Shown here: positions 59,895-64,000 of the stretch, in pieces
Layout of the letters: each line of letters opens with the position of its first letter
Position numbering within the stretch: the first letter of the stretch is position 1
Origin: Myxococcota bacterium
GTDB lineage: Bacteria; Myxococcota_A; UBA9042; PHBI01; JAWLBL01
NCBI GenBank assembly: GCA_041687695.1
Contig: JAWLBL010000019.1
Location: 96,001 to 160,000, forward strand
Length of the DNA stretch: 64,000 bases
Reading direction: 5' to 3'
The notes under the pieces: model-generated
Seen by the model: the letters and a program-made list of their open reading frames with translations, nothing else
Told to the model about the DNA's origin: nothing
The model's database searches: none
Position numbers and translations under genes: made by a program

Positions 59895-62800
59895 ATGAAG
59901 ATCGCCCGTCGCTACACCAAGAAAGGCCAGGATCCCTTCGCCCGCCTCGGCTTCACGACCCGCGCCTCGCGCATCACCAACCCCGACGGCAGCGTGGTCT
60001 TCGAGGCCCCGGAGGTGGTGGTCCCCGAGGGCTGGTCGCAGGTCGCGGTCGACGTGCTGGCGCAGAAGTACTTCCGCAAGGCCGGCGTCCCGGCGCGTCT
60101 GAAGGCGGTCGAGGAGGAGGGCGTGCCGGCCTGGCTGCAGCGCTCGGTGCCGGACGAGGCGGCCCTGGCCAAGCTCGACGAGGCCGAGCGGTCGACCAGC
60201 GAGCGCGACAGCCGGCAGGTCTTCGGGCGCCTGGCCGGCTGCTGGACCTACTGGGGCTGGCGGCACGGCTACTTCGCGACCGAGGAGGACGCGCGGGCGT
60301 TCCACGACGAGCTGTGCTTCATGCTGGCCAATCAGATGGTCGCGCCCAACTCGCCCCAGTGGTTCAACACGGGGCTGCACTGGGCCTACGGCATCGACGG
60401 CCCGGCGCAGGGCCACTGGTACGTCGACCCGAAGACGGGCGAGGCCAAGCCCAGCGAGACGGCCTACGCCCACCCGCAGCCGCACGCCTGCTTCATCCAG
60501 TCGGTGGGCGACGATCTCGTGAACGAGGGCGGCATCATGGACCTGTGGGTCCGCGAGGCGCGCCTGTTCAAGTACGGCTCGGGCACCGGGTCGAACTTCT
60601 CGCACCTGCGGGGCGAGGGCGAGCCCCTGTCGGGCGGCGGGCGCTCGAGCGGCCTGATGAGCTTCCTCAAAATAGGCGACCGCGCCGCCGGCGCCATCAA
60701 GTCGGGCGGCACCACGCGCCGCGCCGCCAAGATGGTGGTGCTCGACGTCGACCACCCGGACGTCGAGCAGTTCATCAACTGGAAGGTGCTCGAGGAGCAG
60801 AAGGTCGCGAGCCTGGTCCTGGGCTCGCGCCTGAACAACAAGCACCTCAACGCCATCCTGAAGGCCATCGGCGAGGCCAAGCGCCGCGGGATGAACGGCG
60901 AGTCCACCAAGGCCCGCAGCAACCCCGACCTGGCCAAGGCGCTGCGTGACGCGCGCGCCGCGGGCGTGCCCGACAACTACATCCACCGCGTGATGCAGCT
61001 GGGCGAGCAGGGCATCACCGAGGTCTACTTCCCCGAGTACGACACCAACTGGGACTCCGAGGCCTACTACACGGTCAGCGGCCAGAACTCGAACAACTCG
61101 GTCCGCGTCAACAACGCCTTCCTCGAGGCCGTCGAGCGCGGCGAGGACTGGACGCTGCGCCGCCGCACGGACGGCAAGGTCGCCAAGGTCGTCAAGGCGC
61201 GCAGCCTCTGGGAGGAGATCGCCTACGCCGCCTGGAGCTGCGCCGACCCCGGGCTGCAGTTCGACACCACCATCAACGACTGGCACACCTGCCCGAACGA
61301 CGGCCGCATCAACGCGTCCAACCCGTGCTCCGAGTACATGTTCCTCGACGACACGGCGTGCAACCTCGCCAGCGCGAACCTGATGAAGTTCCGCACCGAG
61401 GACGGCCGCTTCGACATCGAGAGCTTCGAGCACGCCTGCCGCCTGTGGACCGTCGTGCTCGAGATCTCGGTCCTGATGGCCCAGTTCCCGTCGCGCCGCA
61501 TCGCCGAGCTGAGCTACGAGTTCCGCACGCTGGGCCTGGGCTACGCCAACATCGGCACCCTGCTGATGGTCCAGGGCATCCCCTACGACAGCGAAGAGGC
61601 CCTGGCCGTCTGCGGCGCCATCAGCGCCATCATGACCGGCGTGTCGTACGCGACCAGCGCCGAGCTGGCCAAGGAGCTGGGGCCCTTCCCGGGCTACCAG
61701 CGCAACCGCGAGCCGATGCTGCGCGTCATCCGCAACCACCGCCGGGCCGCCTACAACGCCCCTCGCTCGGGCTACGAGGGCCTCAGCACGGCGCCCAAGG
61801 GCATCGACGGCGTCAAGGCCCCCGCCGATCTGCTGCAGGCCGCCAAGAAGGCCTGGGATCGGGCGCTCGAGCTGGGCGAAAAGCACGGCTACCGCAACGC
61901 CCAGGTCACGGTCATCGCCCCGACCGGCACCATCGGCCTGGTGATGGACTGCGACACGACCGGCATCGAGCCGGACTTCGCCCTGGTCAAGTTCAAGAAG
62001 CTGGCCGGCGGCGGCTACTTCAAGATCATCAACCAGTCGGTCCCCGAGGCGCTGGCCAACCTGGGCTACTCGCCCGAGCAGGTGCAGGCCATCATCACCT
62101 ACTGCGTGGGCACCAAGACCCTGGTCGGCGCCCCGCACGTCAACCGCGACGCCCTGGCCGCCCGGGGCTTTCCGGCCGAGGTGCTCGACCGCATCGAGCG
62201 CGAGCTCGGCCGCAGCTTCGAGCTGGGCTTCGCCTTCAACCGCTGGACGGTGGGCGACTCGGTCATCACCGATCGCCTGGGCGTCCCGGCGACCGAGCTC
62301 GACAAGCCCGGCTTCGATCTGCTGACCGCCCTGGGCTTTTCGGCCGACCAGGTCCGCGAGGCGAGCGACGTCATCTGCGGCCGCATGACGGTCGAGGGCG
62401 CGCCCTTCCTGCAGGCCAAGCACCTGCCGGTCTTCGACTGCGCCAACAAATGCGGCCGCTACGGCACGCGCTACATCCACCCCGAGGCGCACATCCGCAT
62501 GATGGCCGCCGCGCAGCCGTTCCTGTCGGGCGCCATCTCCAAGACCATCAACCTGCCCAACCACGCCACCGTCGAAGAGGTGCAGCAGGCCTACCTGCTC
62601 AGCTGGAAGCTGGGCGTCAAGGCCATCGCCCTGTACCGCGACGGCTCCAAGCTCTCGCAGCCGCTCAGCTCGTCGAGCGGCGAGTCGCTCGAGGATCTGC
62701 TGGCCGAGGTCGCCCCCGAGCCGGCGCCCCCGCCCTCGCCGGTCGAGCGCGCCGAGCGCATCGTCGTCAAGTACCTGGCCAAGCGCCGCAAGCTCCCCTA

Positions 62801-63545
62801 CCGCCGCGCGGGTTACACCCAGAAGGCGGTCATCGCCGGGCACAACGTCTACCTGCGCACGGGCGAGTACGAGGACGGCACCCTGGGTGAGATCTTCCTC
62901 GACATGCACAAGGAGGGCGCGGCCTTCCGCAGCATGATGAACTGCTTCGCCATCGCCGTGTCGCTGGGCCTGCAGCACGGGGTGCCGCTCGAGGAGTACG
63001 TGGACGCCTTCCTGTTCACGCGCTTCGAGCCCAACGGCATCGTGCAGGGCAACCCCTACATCAAGATGACCACCTCGATCATCGACTACATCTTCCGCGA
63101 GCTGGCGGTGACCTACCTGCACCGCCACGATCTGGCGCAGGTCAAGCCCGAGGGGTCCGCCATCGACGACGTGCGGTCCGGCGCGGACGGCGGCGGCCAC
63201 GTGGGGGCGACGGCGCTGGTGCCGCGCACCGACCGGCTGCACCTGGGCGGCGGCATGGCGGCGGGCGCGGCCTCGGTCGGGCGCGTCGTGCAGGCGACCC
63301 CGGCGCTGGCGGTCGAGTCCGGCGGTCAGGTCGTCGCCGGCGGCGGTCAGGCCGCAGCGGCGGGCGCGGCCGTGCTGCCGGCCCTGGCGGCCGGCCCGCT
63401 GACCGGCCCGGGGGACGCGGCGCTGATGGCGCGGCTCAAGGGCTACGAGGGCGACGCCTGCCCCGACTGCGGCCACATGACGCTGGTCCGCAACGGCACC
63501 TGCCTCAAGTGCGTCACCTGCGGCTCGACCACCGGCTGCAGCTGA
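59895..63545 (+). CDS. nrdJ: Vitamin B12-dependent (class II) ribonucleotide reductase
   Basis: [57 protein letters not shown]-terminal CPDC...CVTC...GCS. Confidence 0.95.
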   Translation: MKIARRYTKKGQDPFARLGFTTRASRITNPDGSVVFEAPEVVVPEGWSQVAVDVLAQKYFRKAGVPARLKAVEEEGVPAWLQRSVPDEAALAKLDEAERSTSERDSRQVFGRLAGCWTYWGWRHGYFATEEDARAFHDELCFMLANQMVAPNSPQWFNTGLHWAYGIDGPAQGHWYVDPKTGEAKPSETAYAHPQPHACFIQSVGDDLVNEGGIMDLWVREARLFKYGSGTGSNFSHLRGEGEPLSGGGRSSGLMSFLKIGDRAAGAIKSGGTTRRAAKMVVLDVDHPDVEQFINWKVLEEQKVASLVLGSRLNNKHLNAILKAIGEAKRRGMNGESTKARSNPDLAKALRDARAAGVPDNYIHRVMQLGEQGITEVYFPEYDTNWDSEAYYTVSGQNSNNSVRVNNAFLEAVERGEDWTLRRRTDGKVAKVVKARSLWEEIAYAAWSCADPGLQFDTTINDWHTCPNDGRINASNPCSEYMFLDDTACNLASANLMKFRTEDGRFDIESFEHACRLWTVVLEISVLMAQFPSRRIAELSYEFRTLGLGYANIGTLLMVQGIPYDSEEALAVCGAISAIMTGVSYATSAELAKELGPFPGYQRNREPMLRVIRNHRRAAYNAPRSGYEGLSTAPKGIDGVKAPADLLQAAKKAWDRALELGEKHGYRNAQVTVIAPTGTIGLVMDCDTTGIEPDFALVKFKKLAGGGYFKIINQSVPEALANLGYSPEQVQAIITYCVGTKTLVGAPHVNRDALAARGFPAEVLDRIERELGRSFELGFAFNRWTVGDSVITDRLGVPATELDKPGFDLLTALGFSADQVREASDVICGRMTVEGAPFLQAKHLPVFDCANKCGRYGTRYIHPEAHIRMMAAAQPFLSGAISKTINLPNHATVEEVQQAYLLSWKLGVKAIALYRDGSKLSQPLSSSSGESLEDLLAEVAPEPAPPPSPVERAERIVVKYLAKRRKLPYRRAGYTQKAVIAGHNVYLRTGEYEDGTLGEIFLDMHKEGAAFRSMMNCFAIAVSLGLQHGVPLEEYVDAFLFTRFEPNGIVQGNPYIKMTTSIIDYIFRELAVTYLHRHDLAQVKPEGSAIDDVRSGADGGGHVGATALVPRTDRLHLGGGMAAGAASVGRVVQATPALAVESGGQVVAGGGQAAAAGAAVLPALAAGPLTGPGDAALMARLKGYEGDACPDCGHMTLVRNGTCLKCVTCGSTTGCS

Positions 63546-63662
63546 TCCTTCCCGAACCCGGATGAGGCGCCGGCCGCTCGTGTCGCGAGTGGCCGACCGC
63601 CTCGGGGGGTGGCTCGCGGCGCGCCTTTCCCTGACGCGTCGCGAGCCCGTCTTACCTCGCTC

Positions 63663-64000
63663 CTACCAGGGGCCCTTCATCGGGTCGCCGGGCAGCGGCA
63701 ACAGCGCCTCGAGCTGCTCGGGGCCCTCGGCGCCGCAGGTCAGGCGCAGGCGGAACGCGGCCGGGGCCGACAGCGCGCCCGCGGCGGCCTCCAGCGCCGT
63801 CTCGCCGCCGACCAGCGCGCGGGCCAGCGAGGTGGCCAGGCGCACGCCGACCGGCCCCCACTCGAGGGTCAGCCGCGGCAGCGGCTCGGGGTCGTAGCTG
63901 ACCTCGATCACCGCCGGCACCGGGCGGCCGGCCATCTGGCGCAGGTCGTCCAGGAGGGGCTGCAGGACCTCGCGCGCGGCGGCGCCGACCCCCAGGTGAT
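63663..64000 (-). CDS. Hypothetical protein, 3' part (truncated by window edge)
   Basis: Open frame running off the window end, stop at 63663. Confidence 0.4.
   Translation of the reverse strand, partial: HLGVGAAAREVLQPLLDDLRQMAGRPVPAVIEVSYDPEPLPRLTLEWGPVGVRLATSLARALVGGETALEAAAGALSAPAAFRLRLTCGAEGPEQLEALLPLPGDPMKGPW

Noticed and set aside
59781..63476. Very long antisense or alternate-frame ORFs (also 3242-6235, 7005-10112, 8071-11661, 32209-34614)
   Set aside because: Shadow ORFs typical of high-GC DNA, overlapping well-supported genes.

Overview
High-GC (myxobacterium-like) chromosome segment dominated by a ~35.3-kb siphovirus-like prophage (12411-47722). The prophage is inserted inside the coding sequence of recA, within an apparent sigma54-driven comM-recA-ssb operon. 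Both junctions carry ATCAAC, and removing the element restores an in-frame 348-aa RecA (...[22 protein letters not shown]...). Joining the phage ends rebuilds a symmetric serine-integrase attP centred on an AA dinucleotide. That attP lies inside the 3' end of the integrase gene, so integration swaps the integrase C-terminus. The prophage also carries (i) a Vsr / C5-methyltransferase / Eco29kI-family R-M cassette, and by manual scan contains no CCGCGG although the host flanks have many; (ii) a four-iteron array upstream of an HTH protein; (iii) head and tail modules with a -1 frameshift chaperone; (iv) a ~155-bp copy of the host nrdJ promoter/leader in front of a ~600-nt highly base-paired non-coding region; and (v) paired DUF4145-like genes. 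Host flanks encode surface lipoproteins, a Nif3 protein, aldehyde dehydrogenase, a Ser/Thr kinase, a PEGA protein, a MYXO-CTERM metalloprotease, SmpB and a class II ribonucleotide reductase. All calls are by eye from motifs; no database searches were run.
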